A stretch of 64,000 bases of DNA, taken from positions 4,576,001 to 4,640,000 of the forward strand of contig OY969695.1 in the NCBI GenBank assembly GCA_963701965.1, in the 5' to 3' direction. The stretch is from an uncultured Gemmatimonadales bacterium. GTDB taxonomy: Bacteria > Gemmatimonadota > Gemmatimonadetes > Gemmatimonadales > Gemmatimonadaceae. Positions 21,702 to 31,444 of the stretch are shown here, in pieces. Both the position numbers and the translations under genes were made by a program. The notes beneath the pieces are model-generated. The model had not been told where the DNA came from and made no database searches. It saw only the letters and a list, made by a program, of their open reading frames with translations. How positions within the stretch are numbered: the stretch's first letter is position 1; each line of letters opens with the position of its first letter.

Positions 21702-21915
21702 CTTCGAATTTTCGGTCCAACCGCCAACCCCGGCATTTATACCGGCTAACGCACTCCTTATGGCGCATACACACCAGAGTCCCAATGGGTATCCAGGGCC
21801 AGATTCAAATGACTCCATCGTAGTTCACAATCTCGGTATACCAGGTTATGTGTTGTCGGAGAAAATGCTTTTCGTGCAAAACCCTGATGGCACGGCCTTT
21901 GGATGTCGCCGATGA
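21529..21915 (+). CDS. Putative toxin tip with JAB/JAMM-like motif (fragment)
   Basis: NLER...MAHTHQSPNGYPGPDSND..IPGYVL; AT-richer codons; no good start/RBS. Confidence 0.45.
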   Translation: MLTNRVPCNQVASPAIQELLTPLYPQATQDNLERLVYGYPGQGGGVALTPTIGGPGASFEFSVQPPTPAFIPANALLMAHTHQSPNGYPGPDSNDSIVVHNLGIPGYVLSEKMLFVQNPDGTAFGCRR

Positions 21916-22292
21916 ACACGGAGCGCGGAGGGATACGAGACGTGGCTCGCCGCTCGGTAATGCCGCTAGGCACCGTTGCCGTCGTAGCGTTTGGCGCTGC
22001 TTTCGCTTCTGCCCCAACCTATTCGTCGGGGAATCCACCGACGACCGTGCGTTCGGCCAGCCATAGCGTTAATGCGGCCGAGGACAGCGTGGCACTGGTC
22101 AGAAAAGCCCTGAATCTTGCACGTGCTGCCGGGGACAACGACCCGCTGGAACTCCGGCGTCTCACGCGTAGCAAGGGCAAGACCGTGGTAGAGCTACAGT
22201 TTCCTGCGCGCCCCGGTGGGGGGCCTGTGTATGGCGGGGACGTCGTCGTCACGATAACACAGGGCAAGATCTGTATAGAGATTTTTAGCTGA
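21912..22292 (+). CDS. Small exported hypothetical protein, possible immunity protein
   Basis: ATGA overlap with upstream stop; hydrophobic signal-like segment. Confidence 0.45.
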   Translation: MNTERGGIRDVARRSVMPLGTVAVVAFGAAFASAPTYSSGNPPTTVRSASHSVNAAEDSVALVRKALNLARAAGDNDPLELRRLTRSKGKTVVELQFPARPGGGPVYGGDVVVTITQGKICIEIFS

Positions 22293-22470
22293 CGGTGTTT
22301 CGGTGACTCAATTCCGCATCACGAGTTGACGCTCCTAAGCCCACAGCGTGAGAGTCTGATGGCGGCCAACGCTTCCCACGGACGTGGGGAGCGTTGTGCC
22401 GTCGAGCCGGGATGCGCAAGCGGACACGGCAATGGTGCCCTGTGCGCTCCGGCGTGGCAGTATTGCGCCC

Positions 22471-22846
22471 GTGTCCAAGGAGACCCAACAGCTCGGCCTC
22501 CTCGGCGAACGGATCGCCGCGAAGTGGCTCGTGCGGCACGGTTGGAGGATCCTGGAGCATCGATTCAGGAACGGCCACCGGGATCTGGATCTGATTGCGC
22601 GAAAGGGTCAGACGATCGCGTTTGTGGAAGTAAAGGCGCGAAGCGACCTCGGCTTTGGTGGACCCGTCAGCAGGGTCGACTATCAGAAACTGGATGCAGG
22701 TACGGCGCTCAGCGCTCGTCTGGATCGACCGGAATGGGCCGAACAGGGTGGAGTACCGGATCGACGTGATCGGGGTGCTGATCACAGATCATATGGCGAG
22801 CGTCATGCATGTGGAAAACGCTTTTGTTTTCCACCCGCGATGTTGA
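22471..22846 (+). pseudogene. yraN: YraN (UPF0102) family, frameshifted
   Basis: LGERIAAKWL..GWRILE..DLDLIA..AFVEVKAR in one frame; YRIDVIGV..HVENAF in the next; extra base near 22690-22693. Confidence 0.85.
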
Positions 22847-22875
22847 TTTTCGCTCGCGGAGTTCGTAGTTTGTTC
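22843..22875 (+). promoter_or_regulatory. recA sigma70 promoter overlapped by GTTC-N7-GTTC candidate LexA box
   Basis: TTGATT(22843-48)-17 nt-TAGTTT(22866-71); GTTCgtagtttGTTC at 22861-22875. Confidence 0.65.
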
Positions 22876-22963
22876 GGGGTATATGGCGGCCCCGTGCACC
22901 GGGATAAATTATCTCCGGAACACGCGGCCAGGCGTGCTCACTACCAACACTTGGGCGGACTCA

Positions 22964-24022
22964 ATGGCGGTGTCGTCGACGGCGCAAGACGATCGCAAGA
23001 AAGCGCTCAACCTGGCCATCGCACAGATCGAGAAGAACTGCGGCAAAGGCTCCATCATGCGGATGGGTCCCGATGCGCCGCGCGTGCGGGTCGAAACGAT
23101 ATCGACCGGCGCGATCAATCTCGACGCTGCGATTGGTATCGGCGGCATCCCCCGCGGCCGCGTCACTGAGATCTACGGTCCGGAGTCCAGCGGGAAGACG
23201 ACCCTCTGTCTCCACGTCGTCGCCAACGCCCAGCGCGACGGCGGCGTCGCCGCCTACATCGACGCCGAGCACGCGCTCGACACCGAATACGCCAAGAAGC
23301 TCGGCGTCGATATCGAAAACCTCCTGATCTCGCAGCCCGACACCGGCGAGCAAGCGCTCGAGATCTGCGAGATCCTCGTCCGGTCCGGCGCCGTCGACGT
23401 CGTCGTCATCGACTCCGTCGCCGCCCTCGTGCCCAAAGCCGAGATCGAGGGCGACATGGGCGACTCCCATGTCGGCCTCCAAGCGCGGCTCATGAGCCAG
23501 GCGCTCCGCAAATTGACCGGCGCCATCGCCCGGTCGAAATGCGCCGTGATCTTCATCAATCAGCTCCGCGAGAAGATCGGCGTCATGTTCGGCAACCCCG
23601 AGACGACGACCGGCGGCAAGGCCCTCAAGTTCTACGCGTCCGTCCGCCTCGACATCCGGCGCATCGGGCCCGTCAAAGAGAAAGAAGAGGTCATCGGCTC
23701 ACACGTCCGCGTCAAAGTCGTGAAGAACAAAGTCGCTCCGCCGTTCAAGCAAGCGGAGTTCGACATCATGTACGCGGAAGGCATCAGCCACACGTCGCTG
23801 CTCGTCGACATTGGCGCCGAGAGCGGCATCATCGACAAGTCCGGCGCCTGGTACAGCTACGGCACCCAGCGGATCGGGCAAGGGCGTGAGAACGCCAAGA
23901 TGTTCTTGAAGGACAACCCCGCGTTGTTGGCCGAGGTCGAGGAAAAAGTGAAAGTCGTGCTCGGCATGCGCGCGGATGCAGGCAGCGCCGGGGATTCCGG
24001 CGAGGCGGCGACGGACGACTGA
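22964..24022 (+). CDS. recA: Recombinase RecA
   Basis: [49 protein letters not shown]. Confidence 0.99.
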   Translation: MAVSSTAQDDRKKALNLAIAQIEKNCGKGSIMRMGPDAPRVRVETISTGAINLDAAIGIGGIPRGRVTEIYGPESSGKTTLCLHVVANAQRDGGVAAYIDAEHALDTEYAKKLGVDIENLLISQPDTGEQALEICEILVRSGAVDVVVIDSVAALVPKAEIEGDMGDSHVGLQARLMSQALRKLTGAIARSKCAVIFINQLREKIGVMFGNPETTTGGKALKFYASVRLDIRRIGPVKEKEEVIGSHVRVKVVKNKVAPPFKQAEFDIMYAEGISHTSLLVDIGAESGIIDKSGAWYSYGTQRIGQGRENAKMFLKDNPALLAEVEEKVKVVLGMRADAGSAGDSGEAATDD

Positions 24023-24145
24023 TCTTGGAACCGGTATGAGGCTCGTGCTTTGGGGCCGAGGAGAATGCGTTGTGCGTAGTATGGGGCCCGGATTCCCTGT
24101 ACTGTGCAAAGCGCGACTCCTCGGCCTCTTTGCGTGCATGAGGCC

Positions 24146-24787
24146 ATGACGGTCGTCACCGACCTCGTGCCCGACGTCCGCCGCGAAGGGCGCATCGCCG
24201 TGTTGGTCGATGGCCGACCCCTGGCGGTCGTGTCCCTCGAGGCGATCGAACGCCTCGGCCTCCGCCCCGGCGTCCCGGTCGACGACACCGTGTTGGCCGC
24301 CTTGGCCGACGCCGACGCCGAGTGCGCCGTGTACGACCGGGCCTTGAGCCTCTTGGCGCACCGGGCCCGGTCGACCACCGGGCTCCGGCGCCAGCTCGTG
24401 CGCGGCGGCGCCGAGCCCGCGCGCGCCCAGCGCGCCGTCGATCTGCTCGCCGCGCGCGGCCTGCTCGACGACGCCGAGTACGCCCGGCAACTGACCCGCT
24501 CGCGCGTGCGCGGGCGCGGCGCGTCCGCGCGCCGCGTGCGGCAGGAGTTGACGCGCCAGGGCGTCGACCCCGACATCGCGGTCGCCGCCATTGCCGACGT
24601 CTTCGAGGACGAAACCATCGACGAATCCACGCTCGCCGAGCACGCCGCCCGGAAGCGCGCGCCGTTGCTCGCGCATCTCGCGGCGCCCGTGCAGCGCCGC
24701 CGCCTGTACGCGTTTCTCGCCCGTCGTGGCTACGCACCCGACGATGTGCGCCGCGCGGTCGATGCCGCGCTCAAGGGAACGACGTAA
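24146..24787 (+). CDS. recX: Regulatory protein RecX
   Basis: Follows recA; ALSLLAHRARS, GLLDDAEYA, RRLYAFLARRGY. Confidence 0.92.
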   Translation: MTVVTDLVPDVRREGRIAVLVDGRPLAVVSLEAIERLGLRPGVPVDDTVLAALADADAECAVYDRALSLLAHRARSTTGLRRQLVRGGAEPARAQRAVDLLAARGLLDDAEYARQLTRSRVRGRGASARRVRQELTRQGVDPDIAVAAIADVFEDETIDESTLAEHAARKRAPLLAHLAAPVQRRRLYAFLARRGYAPDDVRRAVDAALKGTT

Positions 24788-24865
24788 CACTCTCGCGGAG
24801 GAAGGAGCGTTCCCCCATACGATTACGCTTGAGCCCGCCCGAACGCGGCTCGTATATTCGTTTGT

Positions 24866-27706
24866 ATGAACGCCATGACCGCCGCGGAGATCCGCCGACG
24901 CTTTCTCGAGTACTTCCGCCGCAACGGTCACGCGCTCTTGCCCAGCTCTTCGCTCGTGCCCAAGGACGATCCCACGCTCCTGTTCACGAACGCCGGGATG
25001 GTCCAGTTCAAGCGCGTCTTTCTCGGGCTCTCCGACCCCGTGCCCGAGCGGCGCGCGACCACGTCGCAGAAATGCGTGCGCGCGGGCGGCAAGCACAACG
25101 ATCTCGAGCAAGTCGGCCACACCGCCCGGCATCATACCCTTTTCGAGATGCTGGGGAATTTCTCCTTTGGCGACTACTTCAAACGCGAAGCGATCGCGTT
25201 CGCCTGGGAGTTCGTCACGCGCGAGCTGGGCTTCCCGCGCGAGCATCTGCGCGTCAGCGTGTATCGGCCCGACGACGAAGCCCGCGCCCTGTGGCGCGAA
25301 GTCGCGGGGCTCCCCGACTCGCGGATCTATGGCCTCGACGAGGCCGACAACTTCTGGCAGATGGGCGACACGGGGCCCTGCGGGCCCTGTAGCGAGATCT
25401 ACGTCGATCTCGTCGCCCTCGCGCGCGATTGGCGGTTTCCCGACGGCGCGACCGGCGAATGGACCGACGTCGAACGCACCGAGTTCTCCGAGGCGGCGTT
25501 CGTCGAGGGCGCCGAGGCCGGCCGGTTCCTCGAGATCTGGAACCTTGTGTTCATGCAGTTCGACCGGCAGCCGGACGGGCAGCTCGTGCCGCTGCCTCGT
25601 CCCTCGGTCGATACCGGCGCGGGTCTCGAGCGCATCGCCGCCGCCATGCAGGGCGTGACCAACAACTATCACGCCGACCTCTTCGCGCCGCTCCTCGCGG
25701 CGGTCGAACACGTTGTCGGGCGCCCCTATCGGGGACGCCAAACCGACGAGGTGATTCGATTTCGTCAGGACGTCGATGTGTTGGTCGGGGACAAGCCCCG
25801 GTCCGTTGTCCGCCAGTATATCGACGATCCCGCTTCCTATCGCGTGATCGCCGATCACGCGCGCGCGGTGGCGTTTCTGCTGGCCGACGGCGTGCACCCG
25901 TCGAATGACGGGCGCGGCTACGTCCTTCGGCGCATCCTGCGGCGCGCCGTGCGCCACGCGTGGCTCCTCGGCCGCAGCGAACCCACGCTCGTGACCGTCG
26001 TGCAGGCGGTCATCGACGCGATGCACGAGGCGTATCCCGAGCTCAAACACCACCAGCGCCATCTCCTCGATCGCACGCGCGCCGAGGAAGTGCAGTTCCT
26101 CAAGACGATTGCCGGCGGCATGGCGAAATTCGACGAGATCGCGCCCGAAGCCACCGCGCATGGGTCCCCCGCGGTCCGCGGGACGATCAGCGGCGAAGAT
26201 GCCTTCCGACTGTACGACACGTTCGGGTTCCCGTTCGACCTGACGGAGCTCATGGCCCGCGAGCGCGGCTACACCGTGGACGTCGCCGCGTTCGAAGCCG
26301 CGCTCGACGCCCAGCGCACCCAATCGCAAGAGGAGCGGAAAGGGCGTCGGCTGACCGTCGAGGCCGATGAGTTAGCGGGCGAGTGGAGTACGCCGGGATC
26401 TGCCTCGATCGCCCTCGGCGGCGGGGCGTCGATAAGCGGCAAAGCGGCCAGTGACGTCTTCGTTGGATACGAGACGCTCGAGACCGAAACCAGCGTCGTC
26501 GCGAAGCGCGACCTGGCTGACGGTCGCACCGCGGTCATTCTGGAGCGGCGGCCGTTCTATCTCGAGTCCGGCGGCCAGATCTCGGACAAGGGCGAGATCG
26601 TCGGCGAGGGATGGCGCATGGACGTCGAGGACGTCCGGAAGGCCGACGGGCGCGTCGCCGAGATCGGTCGGGTCGAGGGCACGTTCCGGTTCGGCTCCGT
26701 GACCGCCCGCGTGCCCAGCGATGTCCGGCGGGACACGGAGCGCAACCACACCGCCACCCACCTCCTGCACGCCGCGCTGCGCGGCGTGCTCGGCGAGCAC
26801 GTGCACCAGCGCGGCTCGCTCGTCGCGCCAGACCGTCTCCGGTTCGACTTCAGCCACGACGCGCCCATAGCACCCGCGGCGCTCGATGAGATCGAGCAGA
26901 TCGTCAATCGCGAGATCTGGCGTGCCCTCCCGGTCGTTCGCGAGGAGCGGCCGCTGGCCGAGGCCCGCGCCGCCGGCGCGATGGCGCTCTTTGGCGAGAA
27001 ATACGGCGACATCGTGCGCGTGATCTCGGTGCCCGGCTTCTCCATGGAGCTGTGCGGCGGCACGCACGTGCGCAACACCAGCGAGATCGCGCTCTTCAAG
27101 ATCGTCTCCGAGACCGGCGTCGGCAGCGGGACGCGGCGCATCGAAGCCCTCACCGGGCGTGCCGCCTACGACCGGACGCGCGAGTTCGAGCGGGCGATCG
27201 CCCGGCTCGGCGATGCGCTCAAGGCGCCCGCCGAACCCGACAGCGTCGTCGCGCGCGTCGAACACGCCCTCGGCGAACGGCGCGTCTTGGAAAAGCGGCT
27301 CGCCGAGGCCCAGCGCGGCGGTGACGGGAGCGCGCTGCATGCGCTCATCGCCAAGGCCGTCTCCGTGGATGGCGCGCGCGTCGTCGCCGCGCGGATCGAC
27401 CCCCCACCGGCCGACATCAAGGCGCTCCAGAACATGGGCGACGCCCTCCGCGAGCAGCTGCGGACCGGCGTCGGTGTCCTCGCCGCGTCGTTTCCCGATG
27501 GCAAGAACACGCTGCTCGTCGTGGTCACCGACGACCTGCGCGAGCGCGGTCTGCGTGCCGACGCGCTGGTCAGCGACCTGGCGGCGGCGGCCGGCGGGAA
27601 GGGAGGCGGCAAGCCCCATATGGCGCAGGCCGGCATTCCCGATGCGGCGCGGATCGGGGCCGCGTTGGATGCGGCCGTGCCCACCGTGCGGGCCCGGCTC
27701 GCATGA
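24866..27706 (+). CDS. alaS: Alanine--tRNA ligase
   Basis: DPTLLFTNAGM, FEMLGNFSFGDYFK, DTGAGLER, NHTATHLLH, ELCGGTH, GKGGGKP. Confidence 0.99.
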   Translation: MNAMTAAEIRRRFLEYFRRNGHALLPSSSLVPKDDPTLLFTNAGMVQFKRVFLGLSDPVPERRATTSQKCVRAGGKHNDLEQVGHTARHHTLFEMLGNFSFGDYFKREAIAFAWEFVTRELGFPREHLRVSVYRPDDEARALWREVAGLPDSRIYGLDEADNFWQMGDTGPCGPCSEIYVDLVALARDWRFPDGATGEWTDVERTEFSEAAFVEGAEAGRFLEIWNLVFMQFDRQPDGQLVPLPRPSVDTGAGLERIAAAMQGVTNNYHADLFAPLLAAVEHVVGRPYRGRQTDEVIRFRQDVDVLVGDKPRSVVRQYIDDPASYRVIADHARAVAFLLADGVHPSNDGRGYVLRRILRRAVRHAWLLGRSEPTLVTVVQAVIDAMHEAYPELKHHQRHLLDRTRAEEVQFLKTIAGGMAKFDEIAPEATAHGSPAVRGTISGEDAFRLYDTFGFPFDLTELMARERGYTVDVAAFEAALDAQRTQSQEERKGRRLTVEADELAGEWSTPGSASIALGGGASISGKAASDVFVGYETLETETSVVAKRDLADGRTAVILERRPFYLESGGQISDKGEIVGEGWRMDVEDVRKADGRVAEIGRVEGTFRFGSVTARVPSDVRRDTERNHTATHLLHAALRGVLGEHVHQRGSLVAPDRLRFDFSHDAPIAPAALDEIEQIVNREIWRALPVVREERPLAEARAAGAMALFGEKYGDIVRVISVPGFSMELCGGTHVRNTSEIALFKIVSETGVGSGTRRIEALTGRAAYDRTREFERAIARLGDALKAPAEPDSVVARVEHALGERRVLEKRLAEAQRGGDGSALHALIAKAVSVDGARVVAARIDPPPADIKALQNMGDALREQLRTGVGVLAASFPDGKNTLLVVVTDDLRERGLRADALVSDLAAAAGGKGGGKPHMAQAGIPDAARIGAALDAAVPTVRARLA

Positions 27707-27999
27707 CCTGGCTCGCGCGCCTCGACCCGCATCCGCCACCGGCCCTGCTGGAGCGCATCGCGATGCAGTTTCCGGGGTCGACCGCCGAGCCGAGCCCGGA
27801 GGGCTATCTGGCGGCGGCCGAGCGATTGCTGGACGGCCTGCTCGCCGACGGATGCGCGTCGCGCGACGGGGCGCTCGATCTTCTGGTCGCCGACGCTCTG
27901 GTCACCTACGCGTTCGAGGCCGCCAGCGTGGAGCCGGCCCGTATCGTGGAGCGCGCGCAAGCCGCGATGAACCGCATCGCGGGCTTGGCCGTGCGCTGA
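27703..27999 (+). CDS. Hypothetical helical protein
   Basis: ATGA-coupled to alaS; ALDLLVADALVTYAFE; typical codon usage. Confidence 0.75.
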   Translation: MTWLARLDPHPPPALLERIAMQFPGSTAEPSPEGYLAAAERLLDGLLADGCASRDGALDLLVADALVTYAFEAASVEPARIVERAQAAMNRIAGLAVR

Positions 28000-28004
28000 G
28001 CGCC

Positions 28005-28775
28005 GTGATCGACATCCATTCGCATCTCCTGCCCGGTGTCGACGACGGATCCCGCTCGCTCGAGATCTCCCTCGGCGTGCTCAATGCCTTCGCCGCCGAC
28101 GGCGTGGCCCGCGTCGTGTGCACCCCCCATCTCAAGGCATCGCGCGCCGCCGCCGTCGCCCACGACGAGTATGCCCAGCGATTCGCGGCGCTCGTCGCGG
28201 CGGCGCCCGCCGTGCCCGCGCTGTCGCGGGGATGGGAGATCATGCTCGATGTGCCGGGCATCGACCTGCGAGCGCCCGCGTACGCCCTCGCCGGCTCGTC
28301 GGCCGTCCTCGTCGAGTTCCCCCATACGGGCGTGCCATCGGGCGCGACGGCCGAGCTGTACCGCTTGCGTCAGTCGGGCATCGTGCCGGTGCTCGCCCAC
28401 CCCGAACGGTATTTCGGGTGCAGCATCGAACTGGTCCGGGAGTGGCGCCAGATCGGCATCATCATGCAGATCGACTGCGTGGCTCTCCTCGCCGGCGGTC
28501 CAATGGGGCGGCTGGCGCGGGCGTTGTTGGAGCAGGGGCTCGCCGATTGTCTGGCCAGCGACAACCACGGCGACGTGCGGTCCTTGGCCGGCGCCCGCGA
28601 TTGGCTGGACGACATGGGCGCGCGCGAGCAGAGCGAGCTGCTGACCGCGACCAACGCCGGGCTGCTCCTGGCCAACGAGCCGGTGATCCCCGTCGGATCC
28701 GTGCGGCTGCATCAAGGCCTCATCCGTCAACTCCGCAGCTTTCTCCGCGGCAAACGCAAGCGCACGCCCACATGA
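28005..28775 (+). CDS. CpsB/CapC-type PHP protein-tyrosine phosphatase
   Basis: IDIHSHLLPGVDDG, CTPH, LAHPERY, ASDNH. Confidence 0.92.
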   Translation: MIDIHSHLLPGVDDGSRSLEISLGVLNAFAADGVARVVCTPHLKASRAAAVAHDEYAQRFAALVAAAPAVPALSRGWEIMLDVPGIDLRAPAYALAGSSAVLVEFPHTGVPSGATAELYRLRQSGIVPVLAHPERYFGCSIELVREWRQIGIIMQIDCVALLAGGPMGRLARALLEQGLADCLASDNHGDVRSLAGARDWLDDMGAREQSELLTATNAGLLLANEPVIPVGSVRLHQGLIRQLRSFLRGKRKRTPT

Positions 28776-29752
28776 TCGCACTCGTATTCACCGGCGGCAC
28801 GATCTCCATGCGCATCGATCCCGCCGCCGGTGGCGCCGTTCCCACGCTGAACGGCGCCGCGCTGTTGTCGATGGCGCCGGGTATTGCGGACATCGCCGCG
28901 ATCGAAATCCACGAATGGGCGACGATGCCGGGCGCGCACCTGACGGTCGATCAGATGTGGGGCCTCCGGACCCACGTGGCACAGCTGGTCGAACGCGACG
29001 ACATCGACGGGGTCGTCGTCACCCAGGGCACCGACACGATCGAGGAGACGTCCTATCTCGTCCACCGGTCCGTCAAGACCGACAAGCCCATCGTGTTCAC
29101 GGGCGCGATGCGCACGTCGCAGGATCTGGGCTGGGATGGACCGTCGAATCTCACCGACGCCGTGCGCGTCGCTGCCTCGGCGGCCGCCCGCGAATGCGGC
29201 GTCCTGGTGGTGTTCAACAGCCGGATCTACCCGGCGGGCAATGTGGTCAAGGTGCACACGCACCTGCTGGACGCGTTCGAGAGTCCCGGGCTCGGGCCGA
29301 TCGGCGTCCTCGACGACGGACGCGTCATCATGCGGCGATCGCTTCCGCGGGCACTGGGCGCCGACCGCTTGGCGTTGGCGCCGGTACGGCCGGCCGCGCC
29401 CGTGGACATCGTGTACGCGTACGCCGGCGCCGATGGGCGCGTCCTCGATGCCATTCGGAGCGAGAGCCGCGGCGTGGTGATCGCCGCGCTGGGGCGGGGC
29501 AATACGCCGCTCGCCATGTACGAGGCCATCCGGCGTTGGATCGCGGACGGGAAGCCCGTGGTCGTCACGAGCCGGGCCGCCCGGGGGCGCGTCGGGCCTA
29601 CCTACGCGTTTCCCGGAGGCGGGCGTTCCCTGTTGGATGCGGGCGCGATCTTCGGCGGAGCGCGGCGGCCGCCCCAGGCGCGCATCGATCTGATGCTGGC
29701 GCTAGGGGCCGGGCTTGGCCGCGACGAGCTGCCCGCCGTCTTCGCCGTCTGA
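28772..29752 (+). CDS. Class 1 L-asparaginase/glutaminase family
   Basis: TGGTISM, QGTDTIEET, TGAMR, LGRGN. Confidence 0.93.
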   Translation: MIALVFTGGTISMRIDPAAGGAVPTLNGAALLSMAPGIADIAAIEIHEWATMPGAHLTVDQMWGLRTHVAQLVERDDIDGVVVTQGTDTIEETSYLVHRSVKTDKPIVFTGAMRTSQDLGWDGPSNLTDAVRVAASAAARECGVLVVFNSRIYPAGNVVKVHTHLLDAFESPGLGPIGVLDDGRVIMRRSLPRALGADRLALAPVRPAAPVDIVYAYAGADGRVLDAIRSESRGVVIAALGRGNTPLAMYEAIRRWIADGKPVVVTSRAARGRVGPTYAFPGGGRSLLDAGAIFGGARRPPQARIDLMLALGAGLGRDELPAVFAV

Positions 29753-30151
29753 GCCGGCCGCCAGCTCGATCCACGCAGCGAAGCACCGAAAGCCGAACTC
29801 CCGCGCCGCGCGCGCCTGATCCAGCCCGCCCCGGGCGTCGCGCCATCCCTCCTGCTCGGCGCGCCAACTGCAATCCCAGACGAAGCGAAACGTCCGGGGG
29901 CCGTCGGGCGTCGTCGCCGTCACCGTGCCCCGGTAGTCGGCACAACCCGACGCCGCGTCGATCGTCACGCTGTCGATCGCCAGATCCGATTGCGCCGAGA
30001 GCAGTTGGGCCACCACGCGCAACACCTTGATGCGCGGTGCCGCGCGCCGCGTGACGATCCGGGTCGACTCCCGGAAGTCGGCGTAGGCGCGCACGTCCGC
30101 CGCGAAGGCCGGTGTGGCCCGCGAGGCGCCGAGACAGGACTCGAGATTCAT
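29702..30151 (-). CDS. Hypothetical protein
   Basis: Fills the gap between + strand genes; SGCADY and FVWDCSWRAEQEGW..DQARAAREFGFRCF look like conserved motifs. Confidence 0.75.
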   Translation of the reverse strand: MNLESCLGASRATPAFAADVRAYADFRESTRIVTRRAAPRIKVLRVVAQLLSAQSDLAIDSVTIDAASGCADYRGTVTATTPDGPRTFRFVWDCSWRAEQEGWRDARGGLDQARAAREFGFRCFAAWIELAAGSDGEDGGQLVAAKPGP

Positions 30152-30187
30152 GGCAGCAAAATAGGCCTTTTTGTTCTACCTTTGACC

Positions 30188-31444
30188 GTGCTGCGACCGC
30201 CACCGGCTGTGCTCGACATCTGCGATACCCTGGAGCGCGCCGGGTTCGACACCTGGTGTGTCGGCGGCGCGGTGCGCGACGCGTTGCTCGGCCTGCCGAA
30301 CGCCGATTGGGATCTGGCCACGGCCGCCACGCCCCAGCAAATCATGCGCCTCTTCAAGCGCACCGTGAAGCTCGGCGTGGAGCACGGCACGGTCGGAGTG
30401 CTGGACCGCGCCAACCGCGCCCATGAGGTGACGACGTTTCGCCGGGACGTGGAGACCGACGGCCGGCATGCCCGCGTCGCCTTCGGCGTCTCGCTCGATG
30501 AAGATCTCGCCCGCCGCGATTTCACGATCAATGCGATCGCCTACAAACCACGGACCGAGGTGCTGCGCGATCCGTTCGCGGGGCGCGAGGACCTGGCCCG
30601 CGGCGTCATTCGCGCCGTTGGCCGGCCGGCCGACCGGATGCGCGAGGACCGGCTGCGCGCGTTACGGGCCATCCGGTTCGCCGCCCGTTTCGCGTTCACC
30701 ATCGACGACGCCACCTGGGCCGCCGTCGTCGCCAGCGTGCCGGATCTCCCGCGGTTGTCGCCCGAGCGCGTGACGCAGGAACTGGAAAAGACCATGGAGC
30801 AGGTGCGGCGTCCGTCGCTGGCATTGGAGCGCTGGCGCGCCTCCGGTGCGCTGCGCGCACTGGCCCCGCCGCTTGGCGACATGGACGATCGTACGATCGC
30901 GTCGCTGGACTGCCTGCCGATGCCGGGACTCGGGCCGCGACGCGAGGCCCGGCGCGAGAACCGGTTGAGCGCGCTCTTCTGGGGGTTGGACGGCGAGACG
31001 GCACGGAATGCCGGCCTGGCCCTGCGGTTTTCCCGGCGGCGCGCCGACTGGATCGGCGCGCTGGCCGACGCGTGGCGGCGACTGGGTCCCGGGATCGAGC
31101 GCGCGCTGGACGCCGGTCTCGCGCCCGACCAGGCGCAGGTGCGCCGCTGGGTGGCCGCGGTGGGCCGGACGCGCACGGACGCCTTCTGGCGGATCGTGGC
31201 GGCCCGCCAGGCCGGCGATGCACGGTTCGTGCGCCGGATCTATCGCCGGGCGATCCGGACCGCGTTTCGCGATCCGGTCGAGATCGGTGACTTGGCCATC
31301 GACGGCAACGATATCCAACGCCTCGGCATCGCCCCGGGCCCTCGAATGCGTGAGATTTTGGAGTCCCTCCTCAATGCCGTGCTCACCGACCCATCCCTCA
31401 ATACCCCGGATCAACTGATGGCGTTGACCGCGCGCTGGCGCTGA
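30188..31444 (+). CDS. cca: CCA tRNA nucleotidyltransferase
   Basis: VGGAVRD..DWDLAT, EVTTFR, EDLARRDFTINA, EDRLRALRAIRF; start approximate. Confidence 0.9.
   Translation: MLRPPPAVLDICDTLERAGFDTWCVGGAVRDALLGLPNADWDLATAATPQQIMRLFKRTVKLGVEHGTVGVLDRANRAHEVTTFRRDVETDGRHARVAFGVSLDEDLARRDFTINAIAYKPRTEVLRDPFAGREDLARGVIRAVGRPADRMREDRLRALRAIRFAARFAFTIDDATWAAVVASVPDLPRLSPERVTQELEKTMEQVRRPSLALERWRASGALRALAPPLGDMDDRTIASLDCLPMPGLGPRREARRENRLSALFWGLDGETARNAGLALRFSRRRADWIGALADAWRRLGPGIERALDAGLAPDQAQVRRWVAAVGRTRTDAFWRIVAARQAGDARFVRRIYRRAIRTAFRDPVEIGDLAIDGNDIQRLGIAPGPRMREILESLLNAVLTDPSLNTPDQLMALTARWR

Noticed and set aside
22681..22700. Programmed frameshift in yraN
   Set aside because: No slippery heptamer or stimulator; a mutation or sequencing error is more likely.
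30188..31444. Split CC-/A-adding enzyme or poly(A) polymerase
   Set aside because: The flexible loop (RRDVETDGRHA) is present and no PAP signature was seen; an ordinary CCA enzyme fits the CCA-less tRNAs.
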